A DNA stretch of 64,000 bases from positions 124,001-188,000 of the forward strand of contig NW_027191463.1 in NCBI RefSeq assembly GCF_011745625.1. Direction: 5' to 3'. A model generated the notes under the pieces. That model did not search any database. It saw only the letters and a list, made by a program, of their open reading frames with translations, and was not told the origin of the DNA. Position 1 is the first letter of the stretch; every line of letters starts with the position of its first letter. A program made the position numbers and the translations under genes. The stretch comes from Cladosporium halotolerans (lineage: Eukaryota). Shown here one piece after another: positions 30,857 to 41,435 of the stretch.

Positions 30857-32893
30857 ATGGATGCCCAAGCCAGCTCAAAAGGAGCCAGCGGCCTAATTGC
30901 TGTGCTTCTCATCACTCGCTCTCGCCCCGGCCCTAAATTGGTCTTTCACTACCCGCCCATACCTCAAATCTTCGACCGTCAGGCGACTCGCGATCAGGGC
31001 AACTCACCTAAGGACGACTCGTCTGATTCGGATACTGATGACGATGACTCTGATCACGATGGAACGGCTCGCGATCGTGGCGCGAGCGATACTACCGTCC
31101 GCCACCTGGGGGCGACCTCCGTAGACCCCGCCAATCCATTGGAGAAGGTGCTGGGCTACAATGTTGAAAGCTTGGAGCGGCTACTATCACCTGGTCGCTG
31201 GTGCGAGAAGAAGAAGTTTGAAATATGTCTCGACGGAGTGACATTTGTTGGGCTACCAACCTACGCGAAAGAGGACGGCACATGGGCGACTCGGGACGAA
31301 CCTGAGTCGCGACGAACAGGGCCGTTAGGAGATCCTGCGTCGCATCCAACTCTCCGGAAAGATGACAGCTTGGAAGATCTCGAGCCTGAAAGTCAGCAGC
31401 ACAGCCCGGTCAAGGATCTCTCGTCAGGCGTCGCTGGCATCACGATAACAGCTCCCCAGCCGGCGACGGCAAACCTGACCGCAGATTACACCCATATGCC
31501 TGATAGTTTCGACTCACATGGGATAGCAAGTCTGGGCACCTCTATGAACAGCGCCTCAACCGCTTCCGGAGCCGTGGCGGAGCAAATGACTATGTTCCAC
31601 GTCGTCTTCGCCCTCGCCGGCAACGCCAGCGAGGGCGTCCTTCAGACAGCAGACGTGTACGAGCACATCGCAAAAAAGCTGAGCAAGGCACTCAGATACT
31701 GCCAGAAACGAGGCAATTACGTCTCCATCGAGAGCAGGAAGCTGCTCGCTATGAAACAAAGGGCTCGTGCAGAGAAGCCCAGCACCGCATCTCTATGGAC
31801 GCAGCTCACCTCCCACAGCGAGCTCGCGTGGGCTTTGCAAGAACTCTATACCAAGATTGCCGCGAATGCCATCGCCGGCGTTCGCTTGGATGGCATGGAG
31901 ATAGCGCTCCAGATCCCTCCGAAGGAGACCCGTCTGGACCACCACGTCTCTCCCCTGTCAGCAATCCTGCTTCTAGACGACCGCGAAACTCTCATCCGCG
32001 CCCTCGACGACCACCGCGATGCGTCCCTACTCTCGTACTTCATCCGCGAAAACACCCCAACGAAGTCTCTAGGCAAACAAGCCAACAAGCTCGGCGTACC
32101 CGAGAAAACCCTCCTCTTCCTCGCCCAGCACCTGGTCAAATGGCGCAAAGCGCGCCCCATAGCACCTCTGCATCCGCGCAACGTCTACATCGTCCACCCA
32201 CGCGCACCGCTAGGCAGCTTGCGCAAACTGAGCGTGGAATACGCAAGACGCTTCCCGTCCCTCCCGACTATGGAGACCATGCTCGCCATGCTCGGCGGGC
32301 GCCCGATTCGCTACGGAGCTCTGATTCAGAGCAAAGACCACCGCGTGCCGTACATGGAGATCCTGGCGTGGATGGTCAGCCATGAGCTGGTGGTGCATTT
32401 GAGGACGGTGGGGTGGCTGAGGATGGTTGATGGAGCTGAGGAAGACGATGCGAACGGCGCGGAGCACTCGGATCTGAAACCCATGGCTGTCACGCGGCTA
32501 TTGGGTGTCCGCACGAGTAGTGCTTCGGACGATGGGAGCAGTGTGGCGTCGGATCAGACGGCTTTCGCGACGGGGGCGCCTCAAACTGCGGCAACGAGCG
32601 CTACGAACGGCAACGAGAAGGCTGTTCACGAGGCTGACGAGGAAGACCAGGATGGTCTGGGTATCATCGTCGACCCGTTGAACCCGTCACCGTCGGAGAG
32701 GGCGGCAATCAGGCGCGTGGAAGCCTCGTTGGAGGACCCCGAGCTGCGCGAGCGTTTCCAATTGCTGCTGAAATACTTCGACGGCGAGCATGCTTTCGAA
32801 GAGATCGCGGGTAGAGAAGGTTTGAAGCGGGCTAAGGTGGAAGATTGGATTGCTGAGCTTGAGAGAGGAGGTTGGTTGCTGAGCGTGCGGTAA
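30857..32893 (+). CDS. NPR3: Nitrogen permease regulator 3 (SEACIT/GATOR1 subunit)
   Basis: N-terminal LITRSRPGPKLVFHYPP; KFEICLDGVTFVGLP, MTMFHVVF, LAQHLVKWRKARPIAPLHPRNVYIV; C-terminal KYFDGEHAFEEIAGREGLKR. Confidence 0.88.
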   Translation: MDAQASSKGASGLIAVLLITRSRPGPKLVFHYPPIPQIFDRQATRDQGNSPKDDSSDSDTDDDDSDHDGTARDRGASDTTVRHLGATSVDPANPLEKVLGYNVESLERLLSPGRWCEKKKFEICLDGVTFVGLPTYAKEDGTWATRDEPESRRTGPLGDPASHPTLRKDDSLEDLEPESQQHSPVKDLSSGVAGITITAPQPATANLTADYTHMPDSFDSHGIASLGTSMNSASTASGAVAEQMTMFHVVFALAGNASEGVLQTADVYEHIAKKLSKALRYCQKRGNYVSIESRKLLAMKQRARAEKPSTASLWTQLTSHSELAWALQELYTKIAANAIAGVRLDGMEIALQIPPKETRLDHHVSPLSAILLLDDRETLIRALDDHRDASLLSYFIRENTPTKSLGKQANKLGVPEKTLLFLAQHLVKWRKARPIAPLHPRNVYIVHPRAPLGSLRKLSVEYARRFPSLPTMETMLAMLGGRPIRYGALIQSKDHRVPYMEILAWMVSHELVVHLRTVGWLRMVDGAEEDDANGAEHSDLKPMAVTRLLGVRTSSASDDGSSVASDQTAFATGAPQTAATSATNGNEKAVHEADEEDQDGLGIIVDPLNPSPSERAAIRRVEASLEDPELRERFQLLLKYFDGEHAFEEIAGREGLKRAKVEDWIAELERGGWLLSVR

Positions 32894-33653
32894 CGGCTTC
32901 CTCGAGCAACGCCTCACGGAATGTCATTCACCCTACGAGTCTGTCTACTTATGGCGCTCTCCCCTCGGGTTTCTATTCGCTGGCTTGCCCCAGATCTTGG
33001 TTGCATTGATCTTGAGACTTTGAGGTCGCAGGAGATTGATAATCCTCTCCCCAAAACCCTCTCCATCCGCACCTCCCCATGACAAACACCACCATCAGCT
33101 TATCAACCACACCACAATCACACCTCACGCGCGCGTGCGGCAAACGCCGAAATCGCAACCCGCCCCCATGATCTCCAACTCTGTCACCCCAGAATCGCCG
33201 GACCCTGCGACTCCAAGAAACTCAAACCGCCCCGGATTCCCCGCTTTGGCATAGCGACACCTCTGCGACGAAGACGACTCGCCGACCCGTACGTCACGCG
33301 TGAGTGAGGCCGGCGAATTTTTCGCCTTGCCAACGCTGCGTGGTGGATCAGTGATCGTTCAACGCCGATGATAAAGCGAGACCCCTGGGGCGGCTTGGGT
33401 TGCGCGTGCGCCTGCCCGGGTGGTGGTGGTGGTGGAGGTGGAGGGTTTATAGGAACGTGACGGTCACCCTACGGTGGGGTGAGCGGCTGTATTATCTTGA
33501 TCGATAGATAGGTTGACGGCTCGGCGCTCTCTTCACTCTTATACACTCCTCTCGCTCTCTCCCTGACTCTTGCGACGACGATACTCTGATCGCAATCAAC
33601 ACCAACCAGTCACTACCCGCCTCTCAAACCAAACTCCACCCCCAAAAACAAAA

Positions 33654-33995
33654 ATGTCCAAATGTACGGCCCCCCTTCTCCCATGCCCCAAACCTCCCCC
33701 CCCCCCCACCCACTAACCCTACCCTCCAGCCCTCTCCCTCTCCGCCCTCCTGTCCTCGCGCCCCAAACCCAGCGGCCCGCCCCCGCCCTACGAAACGCAC
33801 TCGCACCCGCCCATGAGCTCGACGCGCGAGCCCAAACCCGTCGGCGGCCAGATGACGGAGGGCGTGGGAGTCTCGAGGAAGAAGCCTAAAGAGAGCAAGA
33901 TGGAGAAGTTCAGGCGGTATGTGAGGGAGGACGCGGCGAAGCAGGCGCAGGGGGATATTTGGGGCGGGACGAGGGGGATGGGGGGTCATGGGTAA
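33654..33995 (+). CDS. Putative 91-aa microprotein with PPPPY motif (two exons)
   Basis: AAAATG start context; 10-nt exon 1; intron 33664-33729 (GTACGG..ACTAAC..CAG); exon 2 is open and in frame to TAA at 33995. Confidence 0.6.
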
Positions 33996-34411
33996 GTGGG
34001 GAGACGGGGGTAGGAGAAGTGAGCGGGGTTTACTGCTGGTTTGCAGATAGATAGGTGGCGTTTTGTACTTGAGATATCCATGGGCTGATAGACGGTACCT
34101 ACTTTTTATTTTTTTTGGATTGGAGAAAGAACGTTACGTGTATTGCGGATTGTCTTTCGGGACGATGTTTCGTCAGGCGTGAGATATCGTGAAGATCGAT
34201 GTTTTTACCGGAGACCGAAGGCGCTCATTGTGCAACTTGCCTGTGGTTTGTCCTGTGAAGTAGTGATCAAAAGATGAACTACCAGTCCGGAATCGCACAG
34301 GAATATTGGTGAAGAAAGGCAACGCCTTGAAATGCGTGATCCTTACTACATTACAGAAGACCTTGGGTATCATTATTGGTTTTACAGATCCGCCACTCAC
34401 TACGCGACACC

Positions 34412-35929
34412 TCAAAACTTCCGCCTTCCCAGCGTCGGCCTCCAGTCAAGCGGGTGTCTCTCTTCCGTTGCGTTCTCATCCTGCTTCCAGACCTTGATCG
34501 TCTTGTCTGCCTCGCCAGTGATCAATCTCATGCCCGTCAGATCGAACGTCGAAGTCATGATACCCGCCTCGGCGTCCAGTGAGCCAGGCTGAGCGATCGA
34601 GTCCTCGTACTGGAATCTGTGACCGGTCTTCCAGTCCCAGAAAGCTACGCTGCCGTTGTCGCCACCAGAGAAGAGCACGTTGTCTTCGTTGACGGAGAGC
34701 GAGTTGATGACGCTGTTGTGGCCTTCGAAATTTTGCATGAAATCACCGCGGGGGCAGAGCCATTGCTTGATTTGGCCTGGAGAGGCGGATGCGAATGTAT
34801 ACTCTGTGGGGTGGATTGTGAGGTCGCGCACGCCTTTTTTGTGGTGCGTTAAAACGCCCATTGTCTTCCCGGCTGCAAGGTCGTACATCCTGATCGTGCT
34901 GTCGAGAGAGCTGGAAATGATTTGCGGGTCCGTGGACTGAGTTTGGATGTTCGACACTGTGCCTTTGTGACCGCTCAGAACGTGGATGTTGCTGCGAGTG
35001 CGCATGTCCCAGACACGAACAACACCATCGCGACCGCCGGTGCACAGAACGTCTAGAGTCGGGTGCATGGCCAGTGTGTAGACACCGCTCAGGTGACCGT
35101 GATAGTGTCTGATGACCTTGTTTGTCTCGAGATCCCAGCATTTCACCATCTTATCTTCACCGCACGAGAATAAGTATGGATGGCGAGGTGAGACTGCCAG
35201 TCCACGTACAGTGCTGATATGGCCGGTAAGAGTGACCTTCAGTGTTCCTGATGCCATATCCCAGATCTTGATCGTCCGGTCTCCCGCACCCGAGGCGAAC
35301 CACTGATTACCTGGCTCCATAGCAAGCGCACGCACCCATCCCAAATGTCCAGAAATCACACGGAAGAGCTTCCAAGGCGCGTGCCATTGAGGTTTCTGAG
35401 GTCGAACTGTATCTCTCCGGACGAGACTAGTAGCCGGTGTGTCGCGCTGAGGCGTCGGTCCGTTCGCGTTCGGCGGCGCCTTTGCGCCCGCGGTACCGTT
35501 GATACGTGTGAGAGCTGTGGAAGGAGCGCCGTTCGCTTGAGGTTGATTTGCATTCACACCTTCAATCATCTTCACCATCTTCGGGTCAGACGCCTGCTCC
35601 TCCGTCTTGGGCTTCTTCCTCCGCGCAGCAAGGCCAGCTTGTGCATTTGCCTGCTTCTGCGCCAGCGCAGCAGGCAGCTCCTTCACATCCGCATACTCGT
35701 TCCGTATCCGCGCCGCGACGCTCGCTTGCTGTGCTCTGTCCGCAGGTGATGGCTCGACCGGGGCTACCGAGGGTTGGGGTGGTTTATCAAGTGCTGAGGG
35801 CTGGCCGAAATCTGCTGCGAAGACCTCGCGCGTGCGCTTTGCAGAGCGCTGGACTGCGAGTCTCGCATTCTGTACAATGTCCTGTGGGATGTCCTGCTCG
35901 ACCGCTGCGCCGTTTGCAACGTCGGCCAT
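34412..35929 (-). CDS. PRP46: Pre-mRNA splicing factor Prp46/PLRG1 (WD40)
   Basis: [50 protein letters not shown] and [11 protein letters not shown] motifs; seven WD repeats. Confidence 0.96.
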   Translation of the reverse strand: MADVANGAAVEQDIPQDIVQNARLAVQRSAKRTREVFAADFGQPSALDKPPQPSVAPVEPSPADRAQQASVAARIRNEYADVKELPAALAQKQANAQAGLAARRKKPKTEEQASDPKMVKMIEGVNANQPQANGAPSTALTRINGTAGAKAPPNANGPTPQRDTPATSLVRRDTVRPQKPQWHAPWKLFRVISGHLGWVRALAMEPGNQWFASGAGDRTIKIWDMASGTLKVTLTGHISTVRGLAVSPRHPYLFSCGEDKMVKCWDLETNKVIRHYHGHLSGVYTLAMHPTLDVLCTGGRDGVVRVWDMRTRSNIHVLSGHKGTVSNIQTQSTDPQIISSSLDSTIRMYDLAAGKTMGVLTHHKKGVRDLTIHPTEYTFASASPGQIKQWLCPRGDFMQNFEGHNSVINSLSVNEDNVLFSGGDNGSVAFWDWKTGHRFQYEDSIAQPGSLDAEAGIMTSTFDLTGMRLITGEADKTIKVWKQDENATEERHPLDWRPTLGRRKF

Positions 35930-36279
35930 ACTTGCGTGTTCGCTCGATCTGTGGTCGTGAGATCGGTCGAGTGAGTGTGAGATACAGCGAGAGGAAACCA
36001 GTATTTGCGCAATTTGTCGCGCGCGAGTGGGTGAATGATGGACAGTTCGAAAGATGTGTCGCAGCCGCGACTCGTGCCTGAGCCTGCGCAGCTTTGTGCA
36101 GCAGCCAGTGCAAGGTCATCAAGCTCGCATAAGCTCGGACCTTGACGTCGATCTTCCCGCTTTGGGAGAGTCGCCGGGGGTTCGCCGCAAATATGCACGT
36201 CGACGAGTGCTGGACGGGATACTTCGCGTTCTCTGCTCTCGTCGTCTTGCACCCGCAGTCCCTAACCCCTCGACCGAAG

Positions 36280-36699
36280 ATGCCGCCCGCCCTCCACCCT
36301 CGTTCTCGCCAGACGGGCGTCCTCTTCACTTCGACCCTCGCAATCTGCTTCCTTGTCGTGGGCGCTCCGCACATCCTCCCATGCCCCGTCAACCCGAAGC
36401 AATTCGCCGACACCATTGAGGGGCCAGATGGGCAGCCTATGAGGAGGCGCAGGAGGAGACGGCAGGCTACTGAAGACTCCGACTCTGAGGGTGGTATCAC
36501 AGAGGAATTGCTGGACCAAGCATATGTGTCCGAGCACAAGAAGAGGCGGGAATGCCCGGTCCCTAAGCCTGGTGGCATTGTTGGCCAGGTCATGGGTTTT
36601 ACGGAGCATGAGCGCGAAGTGCCTCATCAGGTCATTGTGAAGGAGCTCCAAAGCAGGAGGGCCGGATCCAAACAGTCGGAGGGCAATGACACTCCTTGA
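36280..36699 (+). CDS. Small conserved fungal protein, cytochrome c oxidase assembly factor 2 (Coa2)-like
   Basis: MPPALHPRSR..LFTSTLAICFLVVGAPHILPCP resembles the Coa2 F.ST..I.F..V....LPCP N-terminus. A C-terminal ECPVPKPGG motif follows. Divergent from PRP46. Confidence 0.62.
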   Translation: MPPALHPRSRQTGVLFTSTLAICFLVVGAPHILPCPVNPKQFADTIEGPDGQPMRRRRRRRQATEDSDSEGGITEELLDQAYVSEHKKRRECPVPKPGGIVGQVMGFTEHEREVPHQVIVKELQSRRAGSKQSEGNDTP

Positions 36700-37626
36700 T
36701 CTTTCCAAGCTACCGACATGAAGCAACTACACCAATGGGCTCAAAACACCAGAAGCCAGAATTGCATCGAAGCACAAACTTTCTGGATTGCTGGAGCTCC
36801 AAGCTCCCAACGTCCACGAGGAGCTCATATTACGCCAAGGGCGAGTCCCAGTCAAGCTTTGCACCAATCTTGGACGAAGCCGCGGCGGGTATACACACCT
36901 TACCACGCGCAGCACGATGGGATTGATGAGTTTTGCTCTCAATATTTGCAACACATAGCATCGATGCTGAGCGATTGAGTCTATACCAAGACAAAGCCAG
37001 TGAGAACAAGGGCACAGCGTCGCGCATTGAAGGCTCGCGCCAGGCCCTGATTCGGTCAGGTTGAACGTTGAAAGGAGGACTACGGAGAGATTCACTATGT
37101 TCAGGACGAGAAGATAACTCGTTCGATGGTACAGTGCCCACGCATGCTACCATCACAAATAGAAAGATAAACCAGACAATCGCAGCATTATCAGACTTCA
37201 CTCCTTTCACATGTCAAACCATGCGGGAGCTCCCGTGCTCCTTCCCATGCTGTTGCATAGCAACACCTGCGAGATCACTAATGGCAAACATCCTCCAGCA
37301 CTCAAGGACAACATAGTATACACAACCCAACCATGGGCCGACTCACCACATCAATCGCCGCCGCTGGCGTGGACGCCGGCAACCTCCCCGAGAAGCTCCC
37401 CAACATCTCCTTCTTCGACGCCCTCCTTCCAGCATCTCTCTCCAGATCAAAGAAGAGCCAGGTAAGTCCAGCCATATCCCCTCACAGCACACAGCGCACA
37501 TGCTCCGTCCGCTCCTGCCTCATCCGCCAAACCCTCCTTCCACGCGCACCTGCTCGCTTTGTCTCTTCCCTCCACTCCCCACCACCAAACCTCACACCCA
37601 AACCTCACATCCACCAACCGCCCACC

Positions 37627-38568
37627 ATGCCTTTCTTCATCCAGCCATTCTTCCGCAAACCCTTCAAGCTCATCGCCCTCGACGCTGACACCAACCAGCC
37701 GCTCGACCCCCACGTCCGCCGCCGCACTCGCGTGACTTACTACGAGCTGCAAAACGGCAGCAACGGGAGCAAGAAACTGGTCGCGCACAAAGGCAGCTCG
37801 GAGGCCGGCGCTGCGAAGCAGGAGGCTGAGGTCAAGCCCGAGGAGGGCAAGCCTGGCGAAAACAAGACGGGTGGCGACAATGCTGAGGAGAAGAAGGCCG
37901 ATGCACCGGCGGCGGAGAAGAAACCCGTCGCCGATGCCAATGCGGCTTGGACGCCGGAGGAGGATGCGAAGCTGAAGGCTTTGAAGGGGGAGGGGAAGAC
38001 TTGGAGGCAGATTGGGGAGGAGATGGGGAGGGGGAAGGCGGCGTTGCAGGCGAGGTGGAAGGAGATTGGAGGCGCGGGTGGAAATGCTGGCGGGAATGAT
38101 CAGGGGAAGAAGAACGACGGTGGCGCGAAGGGTGGGAGTGAGCAGGGGAAGAAAGACGAGGGTGGGATGGATGGAGAGGGGAAGAAGCCGGAGGGCAAGC
38201 AGGAGGGTCAGGGAAAGCAGGGGAAGAAGGGAAAGGGTGGCAAGGGTGAGGGCGGCAAGGGTGAGGGCGGCAATCAGGGAGTCGAGGCGAAGAAAGAGCA
38301 AAGTGTGGCGAAGGATGAGTCGCTCAAAGCTGCGGATGCGAACCAGGAGACTCGCTTTACGATGGGCGACTGGCTGGTTCTGCAGGAAGATGATCTGTTC
38401 TCTTTCGGCGAGTTGCAGTGTCTCAGCGAGCTGATCGCGAAAGACTGCGATCAGAGCTGGCAGCGCATCTCGGCCAACTTCTTCAACCTTACCGGGAGGA
38501 GAATCCACCCTAACGATGTGAGGGAGAAGTTTGAAAGCATGGCTCTGATGGCTGAGGGAAGAAAGTGA
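37627..38568 (+). CDS. Myb/SANT-like domain protein with Gly/Lys-rich linker
   Basis: WTPEEDAKLKALK..KTWRQIGEEMGR..LQARWKEI. A second helical C-terminal module reads DDLFSFGELQ..WQRISANFFNLTGRRI. The frame is open from 37333, so the start is uncertain. Confidence 0.72.
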   Translation: MPFFIQPFFRKPFKLIALDADTNQPLDPHVRRRTRVTYYELQNGSNGSKKLVAHKGSSEAGAAKQEAEVKPEEGKPGENKTGGDNAEEKKADAPAAEKKPVADANAAWTPEEDAKLKALKGEGKTWRQIGEEMGRGKAALQARWKEIGGAGGNAGGNDQGKKNDGGAKGGSEQGKKDEGGMDGEGKKPEGKQEGQGKQGKKGKGGKGEGGKGEGGNQGVEAKKEQSVAKDESLKAADANQETRFTMGDWLVLQEDDLFSFGELQCLSELIAKDCDQSWQRISANFFNLTGRRIHPNDVREKFESMALMAEGRK

Positions 38569-38701
38569 GAGTACCGTGGTTTGTAATCAGACAGCCGTTT
38601 GAATTCGACTGTATCGGCTAAAGCTATATGATCACTTCCTGGGCAGCGATGCCTGTCGCCTTGAACTTCGTATCCATGAACGTCATAAAACTGAGACCTC
38701 C

Positions 38702-40801
38702 TTACAAGATCGCGTACAAGCAAATGAGGAATCCCACAGCCACGGCGTTCGCGATCATAGGGGTCTGCGACGCCTCACCTTCGTAGATGGGAGGAGTGCA
38801 AGCGGTGTTGGGCGGGCAATCCTCAGGCTCAGGTACCTGAGGGCCGATGACGGTGCCATTTCCTCCGGTGGTGCTGTTACCTCCAGTCGTACCGTTGCCA
38901 TTGGTCGTGCCATTGCCGCCGTAGATTGGGGGAGTGCAAGCAGTGTCAGGTGGGCAGTCCTCGGGTTCAGGAGTTTGAGGACCGCTGGCTGTACCGTTGC
39001 CAGGAGAGCCCGCGGAGCCGTCGACGATGGCGATACGTCCGTCGAGCTCGATGTTGATGGGCGTCTGGGACTGGATGTACTGCGTGAGGATCTCGTCCTG
39101 GGTGTCCAGCGTGATCACATTGTCGAAGGTCTCGGCGAAGAAGTTGTCGCCACCACCGGCGATGAAATCGAGGGTAACGACGTTGTACTCTGTCTCAAGA
39201 TCGAGAGGTGAATCTCCGATGGTGACGCTAACGAGCTTGCTGCCGTTGTTGTTCTCAGGATTGTACTCGACCTTGATACCACGGCTGACCTGGAAGAAGC
39301 TGGTGACTTCTTCGCCGTTGAACTCATTGACGCCTGTCAGGATGCCCTCGAGCACACTCCACAGGTCCTCACCAGAGATCTGGATCTCGACCAAGGAGTT
39401 ACCGAACGGGAAGGAGTTCAAGACATCACCGCGGGTGATATCGCCCTCCTCAATGGTCGCACGAATGCCTCCTGCGTTGATGAGCGCGAAATCTGCACTG
39501 TCGCTGTTGTTGAGGCGGTACTCAAGCATGGCGTCGGCCATGAAATCGCCGAGGGTGCCTATTTAGATCAGCATCCACGTCCATAGACCATCGGCAGCAC
39601 TATAAACTTACATTCTTGCTCCTGGCAGGTTTCCTGGTCGAGAACGACCTCAGTAGAGCCAATAACCTCTGCTGCGTACTCTTCGAAGGGAATGCGCCAC
39701 TCGTCAATCTGAGCTTGCAGGGTGGCGTTCTGCTCGGTCTCGTTGGTGAGATGGATGGGGCCACCGTGGTACTCCAAGATCTTGCCCTCAGCATCGTAGG
39801 TTACGTCAATGTATCCTAGAATTGAATGGTCAGTGCCTGAATCAGTTACTGCGTCGAGGTCTCGACCAACCTAGGTACTCTCCCCACCCTAAAACATGAG
39901 TTAGCAATTTTCTTTAGATATTTCAGCAAGACGGTAACCCACGGTATGCAGTGACAACGAAGACTTCCTCGTCGTCCATGTTCCTGACGATAGTCGGGTA
40001 AGGACCCTCTTCATCCTCACCAGTACCAAGAGGCGTGTGAGAATGGCCACCCATGATCAAGTACAAGCCCGTGGTGCTCTGAGCCAGCTCCTGGTCCTCT
40101 TCGTACCCAATGTGAGTGAGAGCAGCAATGCGAGTGATGTTTGTCGTCTCTCTGATCTCATCAATGGCATTCTGGACGGCCTCGACGACATCAGAGAAGG
40201 TGGTTCCCTCCCCAGGGCTGGAGATGCCGGGTGTCGTCGGGGTCGTGACGCCGATGACAGCCAGCTCGAATTCTTCGTAGATGTGGTATGGCTGGATCGT
40301 GCGGTTGAGAGCCGGGTTGTCGGACTTGACGTTGGCGGAGATGATGGGGAAGGTGAGGTTCTCGAGGAACTCGCCGAGCATGTCGTCGCCGCCGTCGAAT
40401 TCGTGGTTGCCGAGTGTCATGCCGTCGAAGCCCAGCTGGTTGAGGGTCTCTGCGATCTTCTCGCCGCCATAGTAGGAGTAGAAGAGAGTTCCTTGAAACT
40501 CGTCGCCGGCGTTAAGGAAGAGCGAGGAGTTGAGGGTGGGCCTGATCTCGTTGATCACGGTCGAAACTCGCGCGTAGCCGCCATAACAGCCACGCGACGG
40601 ATCCTCGCAGTCGGTACCGGAGCTCCGGAATTCGTCCAAATGGGCGTGGACATCGTTGATGTGGAAAAAGCTCTGGTTCCAGTTGCCGTCCGCGTCGATG
40701 TAACGCTTGTTCAATTGCCGCTCGCTGTACAGAACGTCTTCAGCAAGCGCAGCGGATGCGATTGCTGACACTGCTAGGAAATTCTTCCAGCTGGCACCCA
40801 T
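38702..40801 (-). CDS. Secreted, probably GPI-anchored 5'-nucleotidase
   Basis: Signal peptide; HINDVHAH, LNAGDEFQG, LGNHEFD, GGHSHT, INAGGIRA and FPFGN motifs; hydrophobic C-terminal tail. Includes an 18-nt micro-exon at 39871-39888. Confidence 0.92.
38778..38985 (-). repeat. Duplicated ~23-aa Cys/Pro coding unit separated by GNGTT repeats
   Basis: GPQTPEPEDCPPDTACTPPIYGG and GPQVPEPEDCPPNTACTPPIYEG. Confidence 0.9.
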
Positions 40802-41435
40802 CTTGACAATTGATACACCTGAGACCCTTGCTTGAGTAGCGAAGTCGCACAACGCTCTTGCAGGGCGGTCTTTCTATTTCACATCACGGCCAGCCTTCTG
40901 ATCGCCCAGAGGGCTTGATACCAGAACCGGGCACGACGCCCTCGGCAGCAGCGGTACCTTCCTTTCGCAGCAGCATCTCCCGGGCTAAGCAAATCCGCGT
41001 GTTCTTGGCCTGAGGCCAGCAGCGAGTCCTGGATCGGCGACGTGCTGCATGGAGGCGGCTGGAGGTCTGGGCATCAATGAAGCGGCTTGGCGCATGTGCC
41101 GCTAGTCTTCACGCCTCTTCCTCCACGATAAGCACGTGTCTGCTCGTTTGGACCGTTGATCATCCGGAGTGCTGGGCGGCTCTTGGTTGAAGAAGGCTGC
41201 GTTTCTGATCTTTGCTAACCCAAGGGACTTTGAGAGCCTAGAGGAATCCATCATGGTTTTCCAAGACTGTGGCTTCACGATCTCTATGGACAACGGTGGC
41301 TGCGTGCTGCTACTTTGTGAGCCAGCGTTGATTCACGGCTTAATGCCACTGAAGAGTACTAGTTGAGATACTGTAAAGTATGCCCTAAGAACGACCGGTA
41401 GCAATATCACTTATCAATCCTGCATCACTCTGGGC

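Noticed and set aside
36727..37210. Overlapping minus-strand ORFs, one with a hydrophobic N-terminus
   Set aside because: GTG starts, no consistent splice model and no motif; cannot be supported as a secreted peptide gene.
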